Part shown: positions 1-12,352 of the stretch, piece by piece
Layout of the letters: every line of letters starts with the position of its first letter
Position numbering within the stretch: position 1 is the first letter of the stretch
Notes under the pieces: model-generated
Told to the model about the DNA's origin: nothing
Seen by the model: the letters and a program-made list of their open reading frames with translations, nothing else
Database searches by the model: none
Program-made: the position numbers and the translations under genes
Source: Nemertoderma westbladi
Lineage: Eukaryota > Animalia > Xenacoelomorpha
Assembly: GCA_032718475.1 (NCBI GenBank)
Contig: JAUCBJ010003070.1
Span: forward strand, 124,001 to 188,000
Length of the DNA: 64,000 nt
Reading direction: 5' to 3'

Positions 1-322
1 GACGGGTTATGCTGTAAATTATATGCTAAAGTGATTGAAGTGGTTCATTTTTTAGTTTCTTGCAGAATACAATTTTGTTTGGAAGAGTTTTAATATTTTG
101 ATTTAATGTATTCCATATTTGGGGACCGTTGTAACTTAGAGATTTTTGACCAATGTGGAGATTAAATCTCTCACCTCTCTCTGTGGCTTAGGGCGTGTGT
201 CGCCCCCCCGAGTTGGTTATGAGGCGAGATTATTTATTGGTAATCTCGCATCGCCAACTATATTGGTAAAATGCCACTGGTCCCATTTTCGGTGGGTGGT
301 GTAGGGATTTGAATCCGCTTAC

Positions 323-1695
323 ATATTGCAGCACCAAAATTACAAGTAGTGCACAATTTTCACAAAATTTGAAAGTTACATTTTTCAGCTAATTGTTTTT
401 CAATACAGGCTTTCTGGAGCGCAAAATACATTGGAAAATATTTAAAAATGATATGATTACTATAAATGGCTGTTTAGTCCTCTCTGCGTAGGCAAAAAAT
501 GAAAAAAAACAAGTAACCAGCACTTTTCAGTTAGAACACAAAATTTTTAAATCACTTATACGATGCTATAAATTCACATTTTCAGGTTTTCTAGAGCGCT
601 GATTCTAATGGAATACATTTCTAACATGCCAGATCATTGCTACTTGTATTTTTCGGCGTAATTTGGCAAATTTTGGTGCTAGGACCAAATTTCGTACCCA
701 TCACCAAAAAGTACAATTTTGCGATTTCCAGTGCTGATTTTATTGATTCCATCGGATTCAGGACCCTCATAAACCTGTATAACGCAAGAAACAAGGTGAT
801 ACTATCTACTGATTAACTTGCTTATTTTCCAAAATTTGGTGCTGGCACAACAATTTTCACCCACCGGCGAAAAATACAAGTTTGAAAACTCTTCTGAAAT
901 TTTTACTGATTCAATTGAATTCAGAACCCTCACAAACCCGTATAACGCAAGAAACAAGGTGACACAATCAATTGATATATATGATGGTTTTCAAAATTTG
1001 GTGATAGCACCACATTTTGCACCCACTTCCGAAAAATACAAGTTTGAGATGTCTAGTTCGATAATTATATATTCCATTGAATTTAGAACAGTCATAAACC
1101 TCTAAAATGCAAGAAATAAATTGTCACAAGCAATTTTATCTATTGAATGGATTTTCAAAATTTTGTGCTACCACCAAAATTTGCACACAGCACCGAAAAA
1201 TACAAGTCTGATACGCTTGGTGCAATTCTTATACATTCATCGAAACCAGAACCCCAAAAAACCCCAATTGCATAAAAAACAAGTTTCAAACAATCAATTT
1301 ACAAAATTTACATATTTCAAAATTTGGTGCTGGCACCAAAATTTGGCACCCACCGAAAAAAACAAGTTTTAAATTTTTAAATCAATTTATATGAATTCCA
1401 TCCAATTGCTAACACCAAGAAACCGGTGTAAATCAAAAAGAGAGATGTTACAATTCATATTTAATGAAATGTAATTTTCAAAAAAAGTCTCAAAAAAAGT
1501 GCCAAAAGTAGAGTTAAAAAATGGTGCTATAACTCGAAAACTACCAACTATTTTTGAAAACGGTTTTCACTACTAGGAAGACAATAGATTTTTATGAAGA
1601 TTCGTAAAATTTCAGATTCCCAACTGCGTTTGTTTCAGAATTATAATAAAAAAACCAGAGGGGCTTCATATTGACCCCCCACGGGTTTAATAGGG
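323..1695. mobile_element. Left-truncated copy of the piggyBac-like MITE at 34008-35574
   Basis: Colinear and highly similar to 34191-35574. Ends TTTAATAGGG. About five ~163-bp internal subrepeats (CAAAATTTGGTGCT...AAATACAAGTTTG). Confidence 0.85.
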
Positions 1696-1792
1696 ATAAA
1701 AGTTATATAACACACATCACCAATAAAAGTTTTAAATGAATTAAAATAAATAAAATTGTTTTGCGTATCAGTGCGGATGCTAGTAATCAGAG

Positions 1793-2400
1793 TTAATTAT
1801 TATTGTTGTTTATGGTAACTGGTGAGTCGTATTCGATACTAAAAAAGTGTGAACGGAGTTCCAACGGGAACGCGTTCCAGACTATAGGGGCGGACACAGA
1901 GAAAGCACGTTTATCATATAAGTTGAGGTTGAACCTAGGGACACTCAAGGGTTGAGAGCCGCTGTATCGAAGATTACGGCTTGGTGAATATTGAGTAATG
2001 AGTTCGCTTAGATATTCCCTCGCTAGGTCATTTAGGCATTTGAAAGTAAAAACAGCGATTTTATAGTCTATTCTTCTTCGGATAGGCAGCCAATGTAGGT
2101 TTTTAGTACAGGTGTCATGCGAGTACGGTCGGATTTCTTTATGTTGCACAACATCCTCGCAGCAGAATTCTGCACAAATTTCAGTTTCTTTATTTACTTC
2201 TGGGGAAGCCCGTTATATAAAGAGTTGTTTGAGTCAAGGTGCTTACTGGACACGTAGCCGTGAATGAGATTGTTTCTCAAGGGTGAGATTTGATTCCACC
2301 GTTACTCCAATATTTCTGGCGGAATCACTACAATACAGTGCACTGCCTCACTTCCAACTTGTATCGGATTAAGATTTAAATGTGTGCCGAAACGCGTCGC
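1793..2400 (-). pseudogene. L2/CR1-type LINE ORF2 3' fragment
   Basis: LHWLPIRRRIDYKIAVFTFKCLN...YSPSRNLR...RAFSVSAPIVWN is a typical L2/CR1 ORF2 C-terminus. Short AAT/AAC-type tail near 1795-1810. Confidence 0.75.
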
Positions 2401-2419
2401 AGATAAATACACCGCCTTC

Positions 2420-2640
2420 AATTCATATCCCTACAGATGATCTTGGGTTCAATCACTGCAGGCGAACTAGGGTAGTTTTCGTTTTGGCACAAATGCTATA
2501 AAGGGACTAGCCATGGTGCATCTCCACTTTGTACCTTAAATGTTAGTTAAATGAGTACCATTTATCTCTGGACAGTATAGTTCTGGGGGGTCTATACTGA
2601 AAGTGAGTCATGAGGCGTGCCTCCAACACCTGCGAACTCA
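2420..2640 (+). mobile_element. tRNA-derived SINE-like fragment
   Basis: B-box-like GGGTTCAATC followed by GTTTTCGTTTTGGCAC...TAAATGAGTACC...GTTCTGGGGGG. A related copy lies at ~27945-28170. Confidence 0.5.
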
Positions 2641-3394
2641 ATTTTCTATATTTGCTTAATTGCCTTTCCTTGATTTTTCGTTTCCGCGCTCATTGCCTCT
2701 AACATAAGGTTAATACAACTAAATCTGTGTAACTACAGTATGTGTCTAAATCTGTGTAAATTTATTTTTTTAATATGTAGCTACGATTTTACTTTAGTCA
2801 ATTTAATGAAATTACTGTAATAATATGGCTAACAACGAAAAGATCGTAATTGATCCAGCCTTCTATATGTAATGATGCAATAATGATGTAATGATGTAAT
2901 ATGAGTTATCTTCCTTTACTAATACTGGAGTAGAATTCAAAGTACCATACTGTAATTTTTATTTTTTTTTAACATCCCCCCCCCCCCCCCTTCGCGGGGC
3001 AGCTGGTGGAACCTTTATTGTTTAAACAAAAGGAATATGAATTTCTAATTACAGTACAAATCACTATAAAATATAAATATTATTCTGTCTATCTTATTAA
3101 GATGGTAATTTTCCTTAACGGCGATATATTTCCTTTATCCAGTTTCTGAGAAATGATTTGAGAATAGCTAGGCCTGTGAAAGAAACCGTAGCAAGTTTGG
3201 TATTATATGATGTGCCATAGGATAATAATACATTAAATGGTATGAATGTACTATAACATATTTTCTAGAATTCCGCATCAGAGTAATTTATAAGAAAATA
3301 GTATAATAGGGTTGGAGCGCGGAAAAATTGTACTAGAAATAATTTAATATGGAGTAGCAAGGTGCCCTGAATCGAGTGGCTGGGTTTGTTTTTT

Positions 3395-3780
3395 GCTGTG
3401 TCAAGTACAATGCGCACATCTCCAACCGCAATCAGACACTATATAACATTTATAACATTGGAGGTGTCTCTTGTTTCCCCCAATTTTGACACTAGAATTT
3501 GATTTGCATTTACATGGTTTTCGCCGTGAGGACCAGCCAGTGCACAATGTTGTGCTTTTGCAGCCCCATGAAGAAAACAAGCATGGTGGACAGCCCATGA
3601 CTTTCATGAGACGCCTCCCTAAGGCGCCTGACCTTGAAGATGCGCATAATCCCGCGAAAATTATGGAGGATAGGGAGTTGTGGCGGTGCAACTTTGTTGA
3701 TAACCCCATATATGTAGCATTCTTAATGCAAGCTGCATTGGGCTTGCAAATTGGGGATTGTATGCTGGTGACTTAATGTT
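3395..3780 (+). pseudogene. RTE-type LINE 3' fragment (same family as 29184-30397)
   Basis: Clear DNA and protein similarity to ~30035-30370 (FRREDQPVHN..L.QPH..NKHGGQPMTF). Frameshifted. Confidence 0.8.
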
Positions 3781-4230
3781 TTTGTTAAGCTGGCATAGAA
3801 ATGCAGCAGGCCGATTATAGTATAGTGTTTTTTGTAAAAACACTAGGAAACGCTCGAAATGGCGGGTTTAAGTAAGCGCGGGAAGCCAATTTTGAAAGTC
3901 GGCTTTGATTGGCTGCTACAGATTTGACGTCACTACAAAGTGCTCTGATATGTTTTCAGATTTCCATCATGTGTATTATTATTTACGGAGTTATACGACG
4001 AACGTGGCCACGATATTCGTAACCCAAATTAAAATTATTCGTTTAAAATAATTTAAAATAAACAAGTATTCCTAATAAGTGAGTATAAAGTGTAATACTG
4101 TAGTACAAAACTATAGGGCATAGTAAAATTCTGATTATTATAATCAGAAATTGGGGATTATTATCAGAAATTACACACTATCCATGGAATACTAAATATA
4201 CATTTATATATTTAGTATATTTAGTATTCC

Positions 4231-4570
4231 ATGCACTATCTAATGACGAAAGGAAAGCGTCCTAGAAGATCTACAGTAGGTCTGTCGGCCCTCCAAATAC
4301 TCCCACTTAACGTACCCAAATTTAACTTAAAAACATACGGTCAACGAGCATTCGCCTACGCAGCACCAGTAACTTTTAATAGTTTGCCTATAAAAAATTC
4401 GGACCTGTACAGAACTAAACGATTCCAAAACGAAGGCAAAAACTTTCCGCCGTAGTTTCCACCGTAACTCAATTCCGACTACGCGCCGTTTGAACTTTAT
4501 TAATAATTTTATTATTATTCGCAAGGCGCTTTTAATATTTGCTTTATTATTATTATTATAATTATATTTA
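4231..4570 (+). pseudogene. L2/CR1-type LINE 3' fragment with (TTA)n tail
   Basis: LNVPKFNLKTYGQRAFAYAAPVTFNSLP followed by TTA repeats at ~4543-4565. Confidence 0.6.
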
Positions 4571-4628
4571 ATTCAGATAAGGAATTATATAGGCCCACTG
4601 TTGTTTATAGTAGTTTATGAATGTAAAT

Positions 4629-7178
4629 TCACTGAACTCCAATCTTCATCTCTACTTTATCCATTGGTGCGTATCTGTAGCTGTGCGCAGGGTAAGAGAA
4701 TGTGCTCCAAAACGGTCCCTGTCCGTCCTCCCATCTCCCATAGACGCCATTCAGATTGGCGAAGGTACAGTCCCGATACCACCAGCCACCTTTAAGGAGG
4801 GCAGCCCAGTTAACGGAGGACCAATCGTCATTATCCTTATCGTGAGTCGAGAAAGGGGATTCATTGAGGTAGTCAATGCCGTAAAGTATCGAGTCACCAG
4901 CGGTGCCGCTGTAACCAGATATATGTAGCCTGTAATTCTCTGTAGAGTCACCAATGCTGAAGTTGTTATACTCGGCGTATTTATGTTGGCCTTGGAACCA
5001 CAGATCGACCCTCAATAAAACTCCATCTTTCGTAAAATTGTATATATTGTCCAGTCCGAGCCATAAATTATTTTCAACATCTCCAAATCCAGAAACGTAT
5101 TTCGTCCATCCTAAATAGAAATCCTCTGATCCATCTACCCGCCTCTGTATGACTAGCCAGGGTCCTCCAGGTACAGTATTGTCGCATCGAAGTGAACCAT
5201 TCAATTCATTTGGATGGCTGACGATGGAAATTGTATCCACTGGGGTATTTGTGCAATTGGATGCAGGAATCGTTGTAGGAACGGAATTAGGAACATAGAT
5301 AGGAACGGAAGTAGGAACGGAGGTAGGAACGGAGGTAGGAATGGTTGTAGGAACATAGGTAGGAATGGTTCTAGGAATAGAGGTAGGAATGGTTGTAGGA
5401 ACGGAGGTAGGAACAGAGGTAGGAATGGTTGTAGGAACAGAGGTAGTGATGGTTGTAGGAACGGAGGTGGGAACGGAAGTAGGAACGGTTGTAGGAACAG
5501 AGGTAGGAATGGTTGTAGGAACAGAGGTAGCGATGGTTGTAGGAACGGAGGTGGGAACGGAAGTAGGAACGGTTGTAGGAACATAGGTAGGAATGGTTGT
5601 AGGAACAGAGGTAGGAATGGTTGTAGGAACAGAGGTTGTGATGGTTGTAGGAACGGAGGTAGGAACAGAAGTAGGTACGGTTGTAGGAACATAGGTAGGA
5701 ATGGTTGTAGGAATAGAGGTAGGAATGGTTGTAGGAACGGAGGTAGGAACAGAGGTAGGAATGGTTGTAGGAACAGAGGTAGTGATGGTTGTAGGAACGG
5801 AGGTGGGAACGGAAGTAGGAACGGTTGTAGGAACAGAGGTAGGAATGGTTGTAGGAACAGAGGTAGCGATGGTTGTAGGAACGGAGGTGGGAACGGAAGT
5901 AGGAACGGTTGTAGGAACATAGGTAGGAATGGTTGTAGGAACAGAGGTAGGAATGGTTGTAGGAACAGAGGTTGTGATGGTTGTAGGAACGGAGGTGGGA
6001 ACGGAAGTAGGAACGGTTGTAGGAACATAGGTAGGAATGGTTGTAGGAACGGAGGTGGGAACGGAAGTAGGTACGATTGTAGGAACAGAGGTAGGAATGG
6101 TTGTAGGAACAGAGGTTGTGATGGTTGTAGGAACGGAGGTGGGAACGGAAGTAGGTACGGTTGTAGGAACATAGGTAGGAATGGTTGTAGGAATAGAGGT
6201 AGGAATGGTTGTAGGAACGGAGGTAGGAACAGAGGTAGGAATGGTTGTAGGAACGGAGGTTGGAATGGTTGTAAGAACGTAATTAGGAACAGAGGAAGGA
6301 ACGGAAGTAGGAACGGAAGTAGGAATGGTTGTAGAAAGGGAGGTTGGAATGGTTGTAAGAACGTAATTAGGAACAGAGGTAGGAACGGAAGTAGGAACGG
6401 AAGTAGGAATGGTTGTAGGAACGGAGGTTGGAATGGTTGTAGGAACGGAGGTTGGAATGGTTGTAGGAACGGAATTAGGAACAGAGGTAGGAACGGAAGT
6501 AGGAACGGAGGTAGGAATGGTTGTAGGAACGGAGGTTGGAATGGTTGTAGGAACGGATGTAGGAATGCTTGTAGGAACGGAATTAGGAACGGTTGAAGGA
6601 ACGGAATTAGGAACAGAGGTAGGAATAGTTGTAGGAACGGAAGTAGGAATAGTTGTAGGAACGGAAGTAGGAATAGTTGCAGGAACGGAGGTTGGAATGG
6701 TTGTAGGAACGGAATTAGGAACAGAGGTAGGAACGGAAATAGGAACAGAGGTAGGAATAGTTTTAGGAACGGAAGTAGGAATAGTTGTAGGAACGGAAGT
6801 ATGAACGGTTGTAGGAACATATGTATAATTCTTCTCTAATAACATATTCACTAACTCGTAATTATTTTCCATTATATCAGCCATAACTTCTTCTAATTCC
6901 CCAACACTTTCCAGAATATAATTATTTTGAAATTTAATCAGATTGACTTCTTCCTTTTTGTTTGAAATTATTACCAACAATATTCCTATCACCGCCCCCA
7001 GTAACAAGGCAACCACCATTCCACCCACAAGACCAGCCAACCATCTCCTTACTGAGACAATTCGGTGCTTAACTCCGTTAGTGCTATCTCGAAGACTGGC
7101 ATCAGAGACACCGGCCAGGGCCACTGGAAATTCCCCTATTTGAAGTTGTGTATCACTATGGACACAATGTTGTTCCAT
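4629..7178 (-). CDS. Type II transmembrane protein with mucin-like Pro/Thr/Ser stalk and C-terminal fibrinogen-related domain (FIBCD1/ficolin-like lectin architecture), 849 aa
   Basis: No signal peptide. One hydrophobic helix (WLAGLVGGMVVALLLGAVIGILLVIIS). About 520 aa of PT(T/S)(I/V) repeats. FReD motifs GGPWLVIQRRVDGSEDF..GW..Y..GFG, WLGLDNI, FSTHDKDND, GGWWY..C..ANLNG, EMKI. Uninterrupted ORF. Confidence 0.9.
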   Translation of the reverse strand: MEQHCVHSDTQLQIGEFPVALAGVSDASLRDSTNGVKHRIVSVRRWLAGLVGGMVVALLLGAVIGILLVIISNKKEEVNLIKFQNNYILESVGELEEVMADIMENNYELVNMLLEKNYTYVPTTVHTSVPTTIPTSVPKTIPTSVPISVPTSVPNSVPTTIPTSVPATIPTSVPTTIPTSVPTTIPTSVPNSVPSTVPNSVPTSIPTSVPTTIPTSVPTTIPTSVPTSVPTSVPNSVPTTIPTSVPTTIPTSVPTTIPTSVPTSVPTSVPNYVLTTIPTSLSTTIPTSVPTSVPSSVPNYVLTTIPTSVPTTIPTSVPTSVPTTIPTSIPTTIPTYVPTTVPTSVPTSVPTTITTSVPTTIPTSVPTIVPTSVPTSVPTTIPTYVPTTVPTSVPTSVPTTITTSVPTTIPTSVPTTIPTYVPTTVPTSVPTSVPTTIATSVPTTIPTSVPTTVPTSVPTSVPTTITTSVPTTIPTSVPTSVPTTIPTSIPTTIPTYVPTTVPTSVPTSVPTTITTSVPTTIPTSVPTTIPTYVPTTVPTSVPTSVPTTIATSVPTTIPTSVPTTVPTSVPTSVPTTITTSVPTTIPTSVPTSVPTTIPTSIPRTIPTYVPTTIPTSVPTSVPTSVPIYVPNSVPTTIPASNCTNTPVDTISIVSHPNELNGSLRCDNTVPGGPWLVIQRRVDGSEDFYLGWTKYVSGFGDVENNLWLGLDNIYNFTKDGVLLRVDLWFQGQHKYAEYNNFSIGDSTENYRLHISGYSGTAGDSILYGIDYLNESPFSTHDKDNDDWSSVNWAALLKGGWWYRDCTFANLNGVYGRWEDGQGPFWSTFSYPAHSYRYAPMDKVEMKIGVQ
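5270..6820. repeat. Coding 12-bp minisatellite (GTAGGAACGGAG / GTAGGAATGGTT variants) with higher-order blocks
   Basis: 12-nt period visible directly. A block of ~336 bp is duplicated (the ORF track gives near-identical peptides at 5365 and 5701). Confidence 0.95.
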
Positions 7179-7196
7179 GTTTATTGTATTAAGTTA

Positions 7197-7362
7197 CTAC
7201 AAAATTAATTATAATTTTTTGGGAGTAAAGTATATAGTAATAAATGCACCAATAAATTCCTTTTGACGTTTCTTTATAATATATAAATATAATAAGAATA
7301 ATCATAAATAATAAATTAATCAGAATAATAATAAAAATAAATCAATAAATAAACCACCTTAC
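7197..7362 (-). other. Putative 5'-UTR intron of the fibrinogen-domain gene
   Basis: Minus-strand GTAAGG donor at 7362, T-rich body, TTTTGTAG acceptor ending at 7197, 18 nt upstream of the ATG. Confidence 0.45.
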
Positions 7363-8339
7363 TGTAAAGGAATAATTGTTGGAATGTTACTTTGTGTCAC
7401 TATGACAAGATGGTAGTTGAGCTATTACGTGAATTATCTTATCTGTACAACGTTTTAAGGGTAATTTTGTGTCAGTGGGTTCCAAATCGCTCAGTAGTCA
7501 ATACAATATGCCTTTGACACATGTAGTTTCCCTGGAATTTCCCTCCTCACATACTCAAGTAAAATCCCCACCTTAATAAAGTTAGTATGAAAAACATAGA
7601 GGCTTACCATGTCGTGTGAGGTACTGTAGTAGGACAGTAGAGAGCCAAATTCCTTGCCCCAAATGTATTTCTAAATAAGGAATTATAAAAGCGCGCCAGG
7701 TTTGCTAGTCTACAGTAGTATCTATTAATACTATGGATTATAGATACTATCACAAGATACCTCACAAATTTAGTTTGGATTGTCAAGCTGCAGTTGATGA
7801 TGATGTGTATCATAAACATCAATTAATTTTCAATCTCTCAGAAGCAGAGGCGTACCGAGGTTTATGGCGCCTTGTGACAAGCTGATTCTACCCCCCCCCC
7901 CCCCCCCCCCCCACAAATACATAAAATTCCGATTTTATTACCGATTTTAAAATATTATTACATTTTTAAAATGTTGTTTATACTAAAGTTGGATTACAAT
8001 TAATACTTTCCTAGATTTTTTATCTGCAAATATATTTATTACATCGACCCAATCAATCAAATCAAACTTCGCGTTCTCGACTGTATTCTTAATACAGCCA
8101 AACTACTTAAACGATCTTGTAAATATAGTAAATAATAGCATTGTTGTTGCAATAAGCCCTAGGTGATTTAATAATGAAATGGTTTGTAAGTGGTTTATTC
8201 CGTTAATAATAAAATAATTAATATTTTTCTTTTTTTTTATATATATTTAGCTACACTTGACTGGTTATTATTTATTCAGTTTATTATATATTTAGGTTAT
8301 TATTCTTATTTATTGTTATTATTTGTTATTATTGTTATC

Positions 8340-11210
8340 GAGGTGGACAGCGATGATCCTTGGAGTTCGGTTCCTTCGAAGCGTCGACGCAAGCCTGCTT
8401 ATGTCGTGGCTACGGGTGCTCCCGGAACACGAGCTGAGGCTACAGGGAAGCTGAAAGCGGCTCCTCCTGAGATATTCGTATTTCGGTTACATAACTCTAC
8501 TCGCAAAGAGGATATCATCGAGTGCCTTGGTGGTAGCAATATTACGGTGAAACAGGAGGATATCGAAGGGAAACTACACGCTAAAGCCCGTACCCGTACC
8601 GCTAGCTTTAAGGTTGTCGTAAGCCATTCGGTCGGTTGCCATGGCAATCTAGAGAAGGCTCTGGATCCCTGGCTCTGGATATTTATAACATTACTTGTAA
8701 ATTTTGATCTTACAGAATTTATCCCGACTACGAAGCCTATAAGGCATAATTTCTCTACGGCAAATCAGTCGTCTAAACAGGAATTTCATAATAAATTAAA
8801 TAGTATTTTATCTTCTGTTAATTTAACAGAGTCCTGTGGTAATTGTAATGATATATTTTGCCAAAATGCTCTACACCGTGTCTCGTTAGAAAATTACTCT
8901 GTTCAGTTGTTAGATGCACTTGAAGAGGCTGCTGGTTGTCTTCCTCAGTCAGGAGGAAGTTCCGACAGACAAACAGATCATAATCATCCTATTCCTGGTT
9001 GGAATGAGTCAGTTCGACCTTTTAAAAATGAGGCTGTATTTTGGCATCAACTTTGGTGTTCGGCTGGGAGGCCCAACGCCAGTCAGAGTCATCTGTTTCA
9101 CCTTAGGCGTGTTTCCTGCTTGCAATATAAATATGCGGTACGCAGATTAAATAAAGTAACTGACGAAGTTAGACGGGATAAATTATTACAAGCTTCTTTG
9201 AATGGTTCATGTGATCTCTTTTCGGAAATCAAGAAGTTAAGAGGGGGCATTAATGTTTGTAGTTCCAGCATCGACGGTCTGACAGATAATGCCGATATTG
9301 CAAATAGGTTTTCTGAGGTCTACGCAGCCCTATTCAATCAAGGTTTATAATTCAAATCTTGAAGAGGTTCCTATATGAGGTAATCCGCAATAAATTGCTT
9401 TCAGGTCCTGATGTTAATCCTCTGCAACCGACTATTACTCCTGAGATTATCCATGATGCGCTGATGTCTGATGTTTCATATTCATTTGATAGTGGGGCCC
9501 TTATAAATGCTGGCAGACAATTTGAGGAGCACATTTCTATTTTGTTTAACTCATTCCTGGTGCACGGATTTGTTTCAAAAGTACTAACAGTTATGTCACT
9601 GGTTCCTATAATAAAGAATAAGTTAGGAAATATTTCTGAGATTGCAAATTACAGGGCTATCGCTATTGCTTCGCTACTGTTAAAAGTATTCGAATGGGTG
9701 TTGTTATTGACACAGGCAGACAACTTACAGTTAGATGAACTGCAATTCGGGTTTTGTCAAGGTTCCAGCACAACCATGTGTACTTGGACACCGTTAGAGG
9801 TTATTAACTACTATTCTAGAAATGCGACACCTGTATATTCCTGTTTCCTGGATCTGACGAAAGCGTTTGATTCGGTAGAATGGTCAAAGCTATTTCTCGA
9901 ATTACTTAAGAAAGGTGTCTCTCCACTATTTATTCGTTGTTTGATATGGATTTACGAAAGTCAGTCTTGTTTAGTACGATGGAACAACATGTCCTCCACT
10001 GCCTTTTCAATTTCTAATGGTGTAAGGCAAGGGTCGGTGGCTTCGCCCACTTGTTTCTGTATAATTATAAACCTACTGATTTTGAAATTGAGGGATGTAA
10101 AAGTTGGGTTCTATATAGATAATTATTATTTTGGTATGGTTGCTTATGCCGATGACCTTCTTTTACTATGCCAGTCAATTGCCGGTTTACAATTTATGGT
10201 GTCATTTATGCGAAAATTTTTGTAAAAGTTATAATTTACGTATCAGTACTGATATCAATCGAAGTAAATGCAAAACTAAGTGTATTCCTTTCTCTTTTAG
10301 TTGGAGCCCACCCAATAAGTGTATTCCTTTCTCTTTTAGTTGGAGCCCACCCAATTGTAATATTTTGGTTAATGGTATTAAGTTGTCTTGGATACCTGAG
10401 GCCGTACATCTAGGAAATACTTTACACCATAAGGGTCATATGCACTCTGATGTTAACCGTAAAAGGGCTTCCTTTATTGGTAAACTAGATAATTTACGCA
10501 TAGAATTTTATTTTGGTTTTCTGTACAATGTAACCAACTTGCAACGTGTTTTTTGTACGAGTTTTTATGGGAGCCCATTATGGGATCTTTTTTCGGCTCA
10601 TTGTAATCGTGTTTTCACTGCCTGGAATACTAATGTCCGCCTAGTTTGGTCATTACCTTACAACTCTCATAAATTTGTAGTGCAGGGAATTGTTTGTTTT
10701 ACTCACCCACGTATCATGTTATATAACAGGTTTTTAAAGTTTGTCCGTAATATTTTGGTTTCAGATAAACCCAGATAAACCCAGATAAACCCAGCATCCG
10801 ATTTCTTGCATATCTATTTTATAATGATTGTGAATCGATTACTGGTAGTAATTTAAGAAATATTGCAAACGAATGTTCGTGTTCGTTAAATGTTATGCTT
10901 TTTAGCAATATTTTCCGTAATATTACTTATGTACAATCAGAACAGTCTCATAAATGGCGTATCAATATGTGTAGCGAAATCTGTAATATTTTAAAAGATA
11001 ATGGAAATGTTTTAGTACCTGGTTTCTCAAATGATGAATTACGCGTTATTCTGGATTACATAACTACGTACTAGCAATAATTAGGAATTTACTTTAACAA
11101 TTTTTCTTTCGGTGTACTCAACTCTACTTAATATTTGTTCATTGTGCTACTTACTATTCTGTACTCATTATCTTTTACTAATGATGTATGACAATAATAA
11201 TAATAATAAT
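8340..11210 (+). mobile_element. Degenerate non-LTR retrotransposon (ORF1 C-terminus fused to ORF2 without endonuclease; frameshifted RT)
   Basis: ORF1-like IFVFRL...SFKVVVS...DPWLW, then IPGWNE. RT motifs NYRAIA, QFGF, FLDLTKAFD, GVRQGSVASP, YADDL. Frameshifts near 9350, 10200 and 10780. (TAA)n tail at ~11193-11210. Clade not assigned. Confidence 0.85.
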
Positions 11211-11254
11211 TTAATTGTTTTCTAATGTATTTATTAGGGGCCTATATAGGTGTC

Positions 11255-11650
11255 GTCGCGTTACGGCTAATTTTTTGAGAGATTAGCCGTAACGCGACTT
11301 TCAAAGTCGCGGTACGGCTACTCTAAAAGTCGCGTTACGGCTAATTTTTTGAGAGATTAGCCGTAACGCGACTTTCAAAGTCGCGGTACGGCTACTCTAA
11401 AAGTCGCGTTACGGCAAATTTTTTGAGAGATTAGCCGTAACGCGACTTTCAAAGTCGCGGTACGGCTACTCTAAAAGTCGCGTTACGGCTAATTTTTTGA
11501 GAGATTAGCCGTAACGCGACTTTCAAAGTCGCGGTACGGCTACTCTAAAAGTCGCGTTACGGCTAATTTTTTGCCGTAACGCGACTTTGAAAATCGCGGT
11601 ACGGCTACTCTAAAAGTCGCGTTCACGGCTAATTGTCGCGTTACGCCTAA
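11255..11650. repeat. 74-bp tandem repeat with internal palindrome (~5 units)
   Basis: Unit GTCGCGTTACGGCTAATTTTTTGAGAGATTAGCCGTAACGCGACTTTCAAAGTCGCGGTACGGCTACTCTAAAA starts at 11255, 11329, 11403 and onward. Confidence 0.95.
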
Positions 11651-11875
11651 TCTATTGTCTTGCTTTTACATAGGGAATCATTATCAATATTATTCAATGG
11701 TGTTTACGTAGATGAGGTCCGAAAAATGTAATGTAGTAATGTTTTACAGCATTAGAGTATCCGGGGGGGGGGGGGGGGGTGGGGGATTTTACCATCTTTC
11801 ATACTGTATGTTCTTCGACAACCTCACATTCAATATAAAATTGTGTAATTGTCAATAATAGCAGACAAATAAGCA

Positions 11876-12352
11876 ATGAATGGTTTTGTGGAACATATTC
11901 CACTACTTCATATAGATGTTGTTAACCAACAACGCCTGGCTCGCTACCGAGACCATATGGCGTTCTGTTTGGGGATTGACAAGCAGGCAATGGCCGTCCT
12001 TCCAGCCGCCGATCACCACGTTGAAAGTCCAGCTGCATTGGGAGGGGGTGGTGATCCCGACTGGCATGTTGGTGTAGTGAACAACCCCTTCGCGGCCGAA
12101 CCATTTCTTCCCACCCCACCACCGAACCACCACTTCGCGGCCGAACCATTCCAACCCACCCCACCAGCAAACCACCCCTTCGCGGCCGAACCATTCCAAC
12201 CCACGCCACCACCAAACCACCCCTTCGCGGCCGAACCATTCCAACCCACGCCACCACCAAACCACCCCTTCGCGGCCGAACCATTCCAACCCACGCCACC
12301 ACCGAACCAAATGCCATACGCGGGCGATGACAGGCTAATTCAAGAGCTTTAG
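11876..12352 (+). CDS. Hypothetical 158-aa protein with five 15-aa (N/H)PFAAEPFQPTPPPN repeats
   Basis: ATG-initiated, GC-richer ORF in the centre of the foldback. 45-bp in-frame repeats. No recognisable family. Confidence 0.4.
   Translation: MNGFVEHIPLLHIDVVNQQRLARYRDHMAFCLGIDKQAMAVLPAADHHVESPAALGGGGDPDWHVGVVNNPFAAEPFLPTPPPNHHFAAEPFQPTPPANHPFAAEPFQPTPPPNHPFAAEPFQPTPPPNHPFAAEPFQPTPPPNQMPYAGDDRLIQEL

Noticed and set aside
818-1372. Short ORFs repeated at 34505-34973
   Set aside because: Translations of MITE subrepeats with non-ATG starts and no protein motifs.
5201-6820. Long alternative-frame ORFs (539 aa F/L/P/Q; 460 aa G/R/N/C)
   Set aside because: By-products of the stop-free 12-bp repeat. 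Only the frame linking the TM helix to the fibrinogen domain makes sense.
7843-7915. Possible MITE ends with polyC tracts (also ~13860-13985 and ~33405-33615)
   Set aside because: Matching partner ends and TSDs could not be established.
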